A stretch of 64,000 bases of DNA from Candidatus Omnitrophota bacterium. GTDB taxonomy: Bacteria > Omnitrophota > Gorgyraeia > Zapsychrales > Zapsychraceae. Each line of letters begins with the position of its first letter. Within the stretch, counting starts at the first letter, position 1. Positions 9,201-16,701 of the stretch are shown piece after piece. Made by a program: the position numbers and the translations under genes. The notes beneath the pieces are model-generated. The model was not told the origin of the DNA, ran no database searches, and saw only the letters and a list, made by a program, of their open reading frames with translations. The stretch is taken from assembly GCA_029261055.1 (NCBI GenBank), contig JAJDCA010000071.1, forward strand, positions 153,778 through 217,777. Reading direction: 5' to 3'.

Positions 9201-11340
9201 TGCGCAACTTTCTACAGAAGAATTAATTTATCTTAATGGCATTGCGGCAGGAAATGAATCGTTCTGGTTAGAAGCGTGGAGAATGCGCAATGCTTTTCAA
9301 AACAGTCCGGATGAGGTCGAAAGACTAATAATCCTTGAGGATGTTTTTAATGGCAAATCAATAGAGTTGGGGCTTTTAAAAATAGAAAAGGACGAAAAAA
9401 AGAAGGATAAGGAAAAAATAGCAATACTTGAAGTTGAAATGAAATCGATCGAAGAAACAATTGACCTTCTTTTAGAGAAAAAGCAAGAGATTTTAAGTGA
9501 AGTAGAGTATGTTGCGGAGGATGAGAATGAACAGAATCTAGCCATGTTAGTAGGGCTGAATCAGAAGATTGATCAATGGCTGCAGGGGCTTGAAAAAGAT
9601 GAAGACGCGGCGATGGCAGCGTTTAAATCATTGCTCCTTAAGATTAAACAGAAAATAACGGGGATATCTAATCGGAAAAAAATTGTTGTCGAGGATATTC
9701 CAGGTCTTGAGACGCTTGGGGTATCGATGGAAAATTTCCTAAATGCAGAAGGTATCCATACACCCAAAGATGCGGCTAAGTTGGGTAAGAGCATCAATGA
9801 GACGATAAACAGAGCGATTAAAGCATTTAGAAAGCGAGGTTCAGTGGATTTTACAGAAGATAATCTTTTCGCACTTCTTCTTAAGAAATATGATGAAAAT
9901 GTGCCCATTAATCGGGACGATTTAATGAAAGATTTAGAAAAATTTTCCCTAGGTGTGTATTCGAATTCTGTTGAGTTTGGCCTTATCAAATTACAATTAC
10001 AAATGAAAGTGTTTCTAAATCGGAACGTCGAGTGGTTTTTGAGTCCTATGCATCACTTTCCTCAAGCGGTGGCCAGGGCCAGTCAAGATAATAATATTGG
10101 GAGAACTATTGAAATGTTGGGCGAAATTTCGACGTATTTAGATGATGGAGTAACCTTTGCTGGAAACGCGGCGAGTAGGATATTCAAGAAGTATAAATAC
10201 ATAGATGAAAATAATTATGAAGAGATGGCCGATGAGTATGCACAAGTAGTGCGTTCTCTTCAAGATCACATCAAACAAATTGCAGATGAAGATCATGAGG
10301 AATTTCAAGAGATGATAGATATTTTAAATGCCAGTATTCAGCAACAGCTTGAAGATGTCTTGGGGGGTATTGCAGAGGCTAAAGTTCCTTATGTAGAAGA
10401 AAGAGGAGGTAAACGTTTTTCCATAGGTATTCCTTATGATTTGAGGGATAGCTTTGCTAAAAATGTAGTGAGTATCTATGAACGCCATACTGACTGGATG
10501 AACATTCTTAAAGTATCTTTAAAAGGGACCTATCGTGATTTGAAAATTAAAATAGATGAAGTGCGGGAGATGGAGAAAAAGTTCATAAATGATTATTTTA
10601 ATGTCAGGCCAAATAGCAATCTTTTGAAGGAAGAAGAAAAAGAAATATATATCCCAAGAGTAGAAGAGTTTTATGAGAAGTTAGCTGAATTTGAAGGAGT
10701 AAAAATGCCATCTAAGGAGAAGCGTTGGATTACGGGGTGGATTTTAAAATTAGAGGGCATATATAAAGGATTAGGAGGGGCAGACAAGGTTATTGATCGC
10801 GTGAATGTAAAGACAATAGGCGACGGCATGGACACCTGGGATGATTTGCCGGATTTTGATCAAATAACGGCAGAATTAGATGACTCCATGATGGCCACGA
10901 CTCTGGCAGAATTGCTAGAGAAATTGAAAATGTCAAAAGATGAAGTGGATAAAAAGGCTGTTACAAAACAAATATTTAGACTGGTGGACGAAGATTTAGA
11001 CGAGCCTTTAAAAGGTAGATTTCTTAAACAATTCACTGAATTAAATGGTGAAACGGATAAAGCGAGCATAACTCCCATTGGTGGTATTAATTTTGATTCG
11101 GCGATGTTGAATTTGCAGATTAAGCGCGATGGGGCTGGGGTGCCCTTGCCTTTGATTGAGCAGGATATGGATTTGGGTATGCGTGTCCAAGGATTTTTGC
11201 CGATTATTATTAATGCTACTCCAGTAAGCCTGCCGCAGTTGCTTGGTTTTTCCGATACTGTACCGCAAGAGGCCGATTCTTCGACTATGAGTCTGTCTTA
11301 TCACATCCTCACCCGCGACCCGCAGGATATTATCATTTAA
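6268..11340 (+). CDS. Giant secreted/surface protein of unknown function (1690 aa). N-terminal conserved domain, long K/E-rich coiled-coil centre, conserved C-terminal ~65-aa module
   Basis: N-terminal signal/anchor (positively charged, then hydrophobic, AQS). Residues ~40-375 are about 70% identical to the 52327 paralog. The central region is strongly lysine/glutamate-rich with heptad-like repeats. The C-terminal block GGINFDSAMLNLQIKRDGAGVPLP…LPIIINATPVSLPQLLGF is shared with the paralog. I recognise no known domain. Confidence 0.75.
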   Translation: MFILRQKQRVRVAYRVLSAFIMAVFSVTTIIPSGYAQSVSLPTAGTVLNLPVPGTMVGITEGFTPALIKGITIYPDNPLMFDFIVDSGHSEMTGEALKDEASDMIKYFLAALTIPEKDLWVNLSPYEADRIIPDGLGDTSMGRDMLSQDYMLKQLTSSMMYPEDELGGEFWERVYDKAYEKFGNTDIPMNTFNKIWIVPQAAEVYEREKSAFVVGSRLKVMLEEDYVALQKNLGVEQYGLDAMPKSEAKVVSGVTSEVVREVLIPEIEREINEGANFAKLRQIYHAMILSTWYKKRLQESLLGQVYVDQNKTMGVDTQDKQINQKIYDQYVESFKKGVYNYIKEDYNPATQQITPRKYFSGGMNQSMLSRIFKFMDRPTRFEVAPTGFEISYQTSLIDANKDNASIAVRVKEEVESQVDFVLMNSEKEIVSDESMLQDFDPFFLMSLITKWSPKYEDDLKVFHFIRHLYLAWIATKGDLAKATMTLTEKSSFKKFIQDKTLVNKAIEGSLYVNNPNIKGLLKNIRTDITKAENKIKAVRREFVGVNEKSTQETQEAGMITLQNVLLKNKSAGKTGEEDVFGISISRFPSDQYGEFEANFIQKDGNTVQIIAWQENKIIDVDYNQTMENFYKDHNLFYRNNKKGIPTVIIEEKYGKNRKIYKITRGEGQEVMKQKDFKELVWNDTAMVTDKESQAAKKILFDFRESEANRMNTARIRRVHVLMNAMRIRYAIGKDEGSSVVGIFYDMEKAFLKKQSNFKHSDAILFYHTVLALDLPDEEYVTLKNSVMQSLFRLAERIMKEEGIVISVKEILAQKEKIKMAMINVLPHMKHFKHMEWGVYDYIDRVLSSSDKKWDEVYYYKYKVAISLGESYSKLGHSFEGVFAKIKGKIASFRANDYVDVFRQLNKKYTADALYQGLPYTVDGVRIFKSRLKQYRQDFRSAMDTHYKNIFKLALKGELEDSPYDIYENEGSSLQNQAGAQLSTEELIYLNGIAAGNESFWLEAWRMRNAFQNSPDEVERLIILEDVFNGKSIELGLLKIEKDEKKKDKEKIAILEVEMKSIEETIDLLLEKKQEILSEVEYVAEDENEQNLAMLVGLNQKIDQWLQGLEKDEDAAMAAFKSLLLKIKQKITGISNRKKIVVEDIPGLETLGVSMENFLNAEGIHTPKDAAKLGKSINETINRAIKAFRKRGSVDFTEDNLFALLLKKYDENVPINRDDLMKDLEKFSLGVYSNSVEFGLIKLQLQMKVFLNRNVEWFLSPMHHFPQAVARASQDNNIGRTIEMLGEISTYLDDGVTFAGNAASRIFKKYKYIDENNYEEMADEYAQVVRSLQDHIKQIADEDHEEFQEMIDILNASIQQQLEDVLGGIAEAKVPYVEERGGKRFSIGIPYDLRDSFAKNVVSIYERHTDWMNILKVSLKGTYRDLKIKIDEVREMEKKFINDYFNVRPNSNLLKEEEKEIYIPRVEEFYEKLAEFEGVKMPSKEKRWITGWILKLEGIYKGLGGADKVIDRVNVKTIGDGMDTWDDLPDFDQITAELDDSMMATTLAELLEKLKMSKDEVDKKAVTKQIFRLVDEDLDEPLKGRFLKQFTELNGETDKASITPIGGINFDSAMLNLQIKRDGAGVPLPLIEQDMDLGMRVQGFLPIIINATPVSLPQLLGFSDTVPQEADSSTMSLSYHILTRDPQDIII

Positions 11341-11408
11341 CCTTCTGATGTTACGATTTTAGAATAAAATAACCTTGTATTATAGTCACAATATTGTATA
11401 ATTAACCT

Positions 11409-12737
11409 ATGAAAAGATTCATAGAAGAAGAATTAATAAAGTGGAAAGATGATTCAGATCGAAAGCCGCTTATTCTTTCAGGGGCTCGGCAAGTTGGCAA
11501 GTCTTATGTCATAGAACGCAACTTTTCTTCCAATTTTGATCAGGTTTTAAGTATCAACTTTGAAAAACAGCCTGAGTTTAAGGATTGTTTTGAGTCAGAC
11601 TTATCACCGGGAAAAATTATTCGTAAAATTGAGGCTTTAAGCCAGAAAAGAGTAGATATTGGTCGAACCCTAGTTTTTTTGGATGAGATTCAAATTTGCC
11701 CAAAAGCCATAACGGCTTTGCGGTATTTTTATGAAGAACTTCCTGCCTTACACCTTATCGCCGCGGGATCGCTGCTTGAGTTTACAATGGAAAGTATTTC
11801 TGTGCCTGTGGGGAGGGTAACTTACCGTCATTTAACTCCGTTATCATTTGAAGAATTTCTTTATAATTCCGGGAATGAAATTTTATTAGAAGAAATATCA
11901 CGGCATAATTTTGATGCCCCGTTTGATAAGGTGGTGGCTCAAAAAGCGGAAGTTCTTCTTAAAGAATATATGGCGATTGGAGGGATGCCGCAGGTTGTAG
12001 ATCGGTATATTCAGAATCAAGATTATTTAAAATGTCAGGAAATTTTGTCAGATTTGCTGGAAACTTATACTAACGATTTCCCTAAATATGGTCGAAGGGA
12101 TGCGGATTTGAAATATATTGATTTAGTTTTCGCGAGAGCTGCGCATCTCGTAGGAAAGCAGTTTAAATATGTTCATATTACGCGGGATATTCAATCAAAA
12201 TACATCAAACAAGGCGTTGACCTTCTTGTTAAGGCTGGCGTTTTGTCCTTGATTTACAAAACATATGGTTCTCCTCTGGGGGCTAATTATAATCCGCATC
12301 GTTTTAAGCTGCTATTTCTTGACATTGGTCTCATGCAAAGGGCATGTGGTTTGAACATATCTAGATGGGTAAGTGATGGGCATGATTTGATTCACGCAGG
12401 GGTGATCGCTGAACAGTTTGTAGGGCAGGAAATTGCAGCACATGCACATTTTAAAAAAGGAAGACTGTATTATTGGGAGAGAGACAAAAGGGGGAGTTCT
12501 GCGGAACTTGATTATCTTGTGGAAATGGCTGGGCGCATTCTACCTGTTGAGGTTAAATCAGGAACCATCGCCAGGTTAAAGAGTTTGCAGAATTTTCTGA
12601 AAGCGCATCCTGATATTCCTGAAGGAATTAAAGTATCTCTCGACAATTCTGGAAAGAAACAAAATATTCGTTCAATCCCGCTGTACGCCTTTGGGAGCTG
12701 GTTAAAACGGCAGGATTATACTAAATCTATTAAATAA
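11409..12737 (+). CDS. AAA+ superfamily ATPase (AAA_14 + DUF4143 / COG1373 family)
   Basis: Walker A 'GARQVGKS' and Walker B 'LVFLDEIQ'. Second paralog, immediately downstream of the giant gene. Confidence 0.7.
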   Translation: MKRFIEEELIKWKDDSDRKPLILSGARQVGKSYVIERNFSSNFDQVLSINFEKQPEFKDCFESDLSPGKIIRKIEALSQKRVDIGRTLVFLDEIQICPKAITALRYFYEELPALHLIAAGSLLEFTMESISVPVGRVTYRHLTPLSFEEFLYNSGNEILLEEISRHNFDAPFDKVVAQKAEVLLKEYMAIGGMPQVVDRYIQNQDYLKCQEILSDLLETYTNDFPKYGRRDADLKYIDLVFARAAHLVGKQFKYVHITRDIQSKYIKQGVDLLVKAGVLSLIYKTYGSPLGANYNPHRFKLLFLDIGLMQRACGLNISRWVSDGHDLIHAGVIAEQFVGQEIAAHAHFKKGRLYYWERDKRGSSAELDYLVEMAGRILPVEVKSGTIARLKSLQNFLKAHPDIPEGIKVSLDNSGKKQNIRSIPLYAFGSWLKRQDYTKSIK

Positions 12738-12769
12738 TTTTTTTAGTTTTTCGATACGAAGCATTCACG

Positions 12770-14002
12770 GTGACCATTAAAGAAAAAATACAGGCATTGC
12801 CTTTAACCAGCGGGGTGTATTTGATGAAAAATGCGGCTGGGAAGGTGATTTATGTGGGCAAAGCGATCGCTCTGCGTAAAAGAGTGCAGTCGTATTTTCG
12901 TAAATCGCAGGCGCCGATTTCTAAGACGGATCTTTTGGTTTCGGAAATTCGGGATATTTCGGTAATTGAGACCGCGAGTGAGGCTGAGGCACTTATTCTT
13001 GAAGCGAGCCTGGTTAAAGAATATAAACCTAAATACAATATTGATTTAAGAGATGATAAGAGTTATCCTTTGATTGAAATCTCTGGGGACATGTTTCCGC
13101 GTATTTCTGTGGAGAGGCCGCATAAGAAAAAAAAGGATAATAAATATTATGGGCCGTATGTTAAGGTGGGATTGGTACGCGAGGCATTAAGTTTAATCCG
13201 AAAGATTTTTCCGTTTAGGACATGTGATCCGTTTCCTCAAAAAGAATGCCTGGATTATCATATCGGTTTATGTGATGCGCCGTGCATAAAGCATATCAAT
13301 AAAAAAGATTATGCCAAGAATGTGCGCAATGTATGTTTGATTCTAGAGGGGAGAAAAGATTCTTTATATCGGAAGTTAAGGAAAGAGATGGAGACGTGCA
13401 CTCAAAAACAGCGGTTTGAAGAGGCGGCTAAAGTGCGAGATCAGCTTCAGGCTTTAGGGGCTTTGTATTCCGGGACAAAAGATATTAATTATTATAAAGA
13501 GGCCGAGCAATTACAACGTGCTTTAGGTTTGCCTCGTTTGCCTGAACGTGTTGAGACATTTGACATTTCGAATACTATGGGACAACAAGCAGTTGGATCT
13601 ATGGTTTCATTTTTGCATGGCAAACCAGACAAAAATAATTATCGGCGTTTTCGCATAAAAGAAGTGGAAGGTATTGATGATTTTAAGATGATTGCAGAAA
13701 TTGTGCGCAGACGTTATCGTCGTTTGAAGAAGGAGGGTCGGACTTATCCTGATCTTATTGTTATTGATGGAGGAAAGGGGCAGCTTTCGGCCGCATTTAG
13801 AGAATTACGATTATTGGATGTAGAAATTCCTATTATTTCCTTAGCTAAACGGGAAGAAGAAGTGTATCTTCCTCAAAAGAGAAGTTCCATTAAGTTGTCA
13901 TCTCATTCATTGGGATTAAAGCTTCTTCAACGGACACGTGATGAAGCGCATCGTTTTGCAATTACTTATCATAGGAAGTTGAGATGGAAAAACACAATTT
14001 AA
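12770..14002 (+). CDS. uvrC: UvrC-like excinuclease subunit (GIY-YIG + UVR + RNase H-like endonuclease domain; lacks the C-terminal HhH region)
   Basis: GIY-YIG motif (SGVYLMKNAAGKVIYVGKA), UVR-like 'QRFEEAAKVRDQLQAL', endonuclease domain 'DISN…IDGGKGQ…RDEAHRFAITYHR'. It is 410 aa against the typical ~600 aa. Confidence 0.7.
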   Translation: MTIKEKIQALPLTSGVYLMKNAAGKVIYVGKAIALRKRVQSYFRKSQAPISKTDLLVSEIRDISVIETASEAEALILEASLVKEYKPKYNIDLRDDKSYPLIEISGDMFPRISVERPHKKKKDNKYYGPYVKVGLVREALSLIRKIFPFRTCDPFPQKECLDYHIGLCDAPCIKHINKKDYAKNVRNVCLILEGRKDSLYRKLRKEMETCTQKQRFEEAAKVRDQLQALGALYSGTKDINYYKEAEQLQRALGLPRLPERVETFDISNTMGQQAVGSMVSFLHGKPDKNNYRRFRIKEVEGIDDFKMIAEIVRRRYRRLKKEGRTYPDLIVIDGGKGQLSAAFRELRLLDVEIPIISLAKREEEVYLPQKRSSIKLSSHSLGLKLLQRTRDEAHRFAITYHRKLRWKNTI

Positions 14003-14316
14003 TCCAAAAAAATTTATTTTTCGGATTAACAAATTTTCAGTGGCAAGTTTTAGCAACTACAGTTAAAATCCCACTAGGAGAAACGAGATCGTACAAATGG
14101 GTAGCGCAACAAATTGGTAATCCAAAGGCAGTACGTGCGGTAGGTCAGGCTTTACGAAGGAATCCTTTTCCGGTTATTATTCCTTGTCATCGAGTGATTA
14201 AATCAGACGGATCTTTAGGTGGTTATGCAGGAGGGCCATCAAAGAAAAAAAAGGAGTTACTAGATTTGGAACAAAGAATTGTGCAAGGGGTTAAAAAGTT
14301 TAAGATAAAGAATTAA
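13984..14316 (+). CDS. ogt: Methylated-DNA-protein-cysteine methyltransferase (DNA-binding/active-site domain only)
   Basis: PCHRV active-site motif (IIPCHRVIKSDGSLGGYAGG). The 110-aa product corresponds to the C-terminal MGMT domain. The start overlaps the uvrC end. Confidence 0.7.
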   Translation: MEKHNLIQKNLFFGLTNFQWQVLATTVKIPLGETRSYKWVAQQIGNPKAVRAVGQALRRNPFPVIIPCHRVIKSDGSLGGYAGGPSKKKKELLDLEQRIVQGVKKFKIKN

Positions 14317-14424
14317 GAAGTAAGAAGCAAAGACGCAAGAAGCAGAAACCTCATAAGGTTGGTTAATTTTTTTCGCTGCATCTTGGTTCTATACTTTTTT
14401 ACTTCTCTTAAGAGAGGAGCGTAT

Positions 14425-15504
14425 ATGAAAGTTAAAGAACTTTTTCAAATTATGGTTGAAAGAGAAGCTTCGGATATGTATTTACGGACAAAGGCTTATC
14501 CTCGTGCACGGATTAATGGGCAAGTAGAAGTGGTTGGGACGGAAGCTCTTTCCAAGGAAGAGATGTCTGCTGTAACAAATTTTCTTTTGGAAAAAGAACA
14601 ACTACGAAGACAATTTCTGAAAGAGATGGATATTGATTTTATCCATGTGGAAGAGGGCGTGGGGCGTTTTCGAGTTAATATTTTTATGCAACGAGGTTCC
14701 CCTGCTATTGTTGCCAGGCACGTACATTCACATTCCAAAACATTTGAAGAATTAAATTTACCTGCCGAATTATTTCAGAAATTTTGTGAAGAATCCAAGG
14801 GGATGTTTATTTGTTCTGGACCGGCAGGAAATGGAAAGTCAACGACCATTGCCACAATGATTGAGCATATTAATACAACCAAATCTAAACATATCATAAC
14901 GGTTGAGGATCCTATTGAATTTTTATTTACAGATAAAAAAAGTATTATTAACCAAAGGGAATTAGGTTTAGATGTTCCTTCGTATCTTTCTGCCTTAAAG
15001 CATGTTACTCAGCAGAGCCCGGATATTGTTTACATTGGTAATATTAGAGATGAAGAAACCATGCGCGCAGCTATTACAGCTACAGAATTGGGTACTTTTG
15101 TGATGACTACATTTCATACGGTCAATGCCGTTCAGGCGATCATACGTATCGTTAATTTCTTTCCACCGTATTTACATGATGAAATAAGGATGCAGCTTTC
15201 AATAATACTGAAAGGAACGATTTCTTTGCGGTTACTTCCACGTAAAGATGGGAAGGGTCGGGTTCCTGCGTTTGAAACTATGGTCGTTACTCCAACCATC
15301 GCGCGTTTAATCAGAGAGGGTCGTATTCGTGAAATTCAGAACTACATTGATGAAGGGGCTATGTTTGGTATGCAATCGTTTAAGAAATCTTTAGTCTCTT
15401 TAGTGAAGCGGGATTTGGTTAATGAAAATGCAGCGCGTGAGTATGCGGATAGTAAAGATGATTTTAATCTTGAATTAAAAGGGATTAAACGAACGTCGGA
15501 ATAA
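14425..15504 (+). CDS. pilT: Type IV pilus retraction ATPase PilT/PilU family
   Basis: Start moved to the ATG at 14425, preceded by AGAGGAG. Walker A 'GPAGNGKSTT' and overall PilT-like sequence (DMYL…, His/Asp boxes). Confidence 0.8.
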   Translation: MKVKELFQIMVEREASDMYLRTKAYPRARINGQVEVVGTEALSKEEMSAVTNFLLEKEQLRRQFLKEMDIDFIHVEEGVGRFRVNIFMQRGSPAIVARHVHSHSKTFEELNLPAELFQKFCEESKGMFICSGPAGNGKSTTIATMIEHINTTKSKHIITVEDPIEFLFTDKKSIINQRELGLDVPSYLSALKHVTQQSPDIVYIGNIRDEETMRAAITATELGTFVMTTFHTVNAVQAIIRIVNFFPPYLHDEIRMQLSIILKGTISLRLLPRKDGKGRVPAFETMVVTPTIARLIREGRIREIQNYIDEGAMFGMQSFKKSLVSLVKRDLVNENAAREYADSKDDFNLELKGIKRTSE

Positions 15505-15602
15505 GAGATTGTAAAGAAATATTGATGTTTTTTTGCAGCACTTAATTGAATATTAGAGAAAATTTGTGATATACTATTTTTTAAAAAAAATGGAAAATTC
15601 TT

Positions 15603-16698
15603 GTGATAGATGATATTAAAAAACAGATTAATCATATTGAGGGAAAATTAAAGCACCTCAGGGGGTTTCTTTGACTTAGCTGAGAAGCAAAAAATAGTCG
15701 AATCTATTCAATCTCAAATGAATGAGGCTGATTTTTGGGAGAATACGGCTAAGGCAAATAAGTTGATGAAGGAAATGAAGTATTTAAAAGGATGTGTAGA
15801 GCCCTTTGAAGAGAGTGTTAAAAAAGTTACCGACCTTAAAGAATTAGCTGAATTATCCGCAGATGATGAAGAACTTTTAACACAGATTCAGGAAGAAGTT
15901 ACTGTTCTTGAAAAGGATGTTGATGTCACAGAGCTGCAAAGTATTTTGGCGGGCCCTTTTGATCGTAATAATGCCATTCTCAGTATTAATGCAGGTGCGG
16001 GTGGAACAGAATCATGTGATTGGTCAAATATGCTTTTGCGGATGTATACCCGTTGGGCGGATGAGCGTAAAGCACAGGTTAAAGTATTAGATATTTTGCC
16101 AGGTGAAGAGGCTGGTGTTAAGAACGTCACGCTGAGCATAGAAGGCGATATGGTGTATGGTTATTTGAAGGGGGAAAGAGGTGTTCATCGGCTAGTGCGG
16201 ATATCACCTTTTGATTCCAATAAAAGACGACATACTTCTTTTGCTTCTGTTGATGTTATTCCTGAAATAGAGGATGATATTGAAATCGAAATTAATCCTG
16301 ATGATTTACGGATTGATATTTTTCGTTCTTCCGGTCCTGGTGGTCAAAGTGTAAATACCACGGATTCAGCGGTGAGAATTACACATATTCCGACAGGGAT
16401 TTCTGTTCAAAGTCAGAATGAACGATCGCAGTTGCAAAATAAACAGAATGCAATGAAGGTTCTTCGAGCACGACTTTACGAATTGAAACTTAAAGCTCAG
16501 GAAGAGAAGATTTCAAAAGAATATGCAGAAAAGCAAAAAATCGAATGGGGAAGTCAAATTCGTTCGTATGTAATGCATCCCTATTCGATGGTCAAGGATC
16601 ACCGGACCGACGCAGAGACAGGTAATGTCGCTAAAGTTATGGACGGGGGTATAGATTTGTTTATAGAGGCTTATTTAAAGAAAAAGGATAAAGGATAA
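15603..16698 (+). CDS. prfB: Peptide chain release factor 2, with a programmed +1 ribosomal frameshift at CTT TGA C (15669-15675)
   Basis: Frame-0 leader peptide VIDDIKKQINHIEGKLKHLRGFL stops at an in-frame TGA. This is preceded by the SD-like AGGGGG and the slippery CTTT, exactly the conserved RF2 autoregulatory site. The +1 frame continues DLAEKQ…MNEADFW… Downstream RF2 motifs: SPFDSNKRRHTSF and GQ-type 'GGQSVNTTDSAVRITHIPTG'. Confidence 0.85.
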
Positions 16699-16701
16699 TT
16701 T

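Noticed and set aside
6486-11304. Numerous minus-strand ORFs of 60-140 aa in the ORF track (6486..6683, 7168..7446, 7828..8544, 9297..9989, 10860..11304) lying inside the first giant gene
   Set aside because: They are fully antisense to a long, well-supported ORF with an A-rich coding strand. Their products are low-complexity (F/S/I-rich) and have no start context. I judge them to be artefacts of AT-rich sequence.
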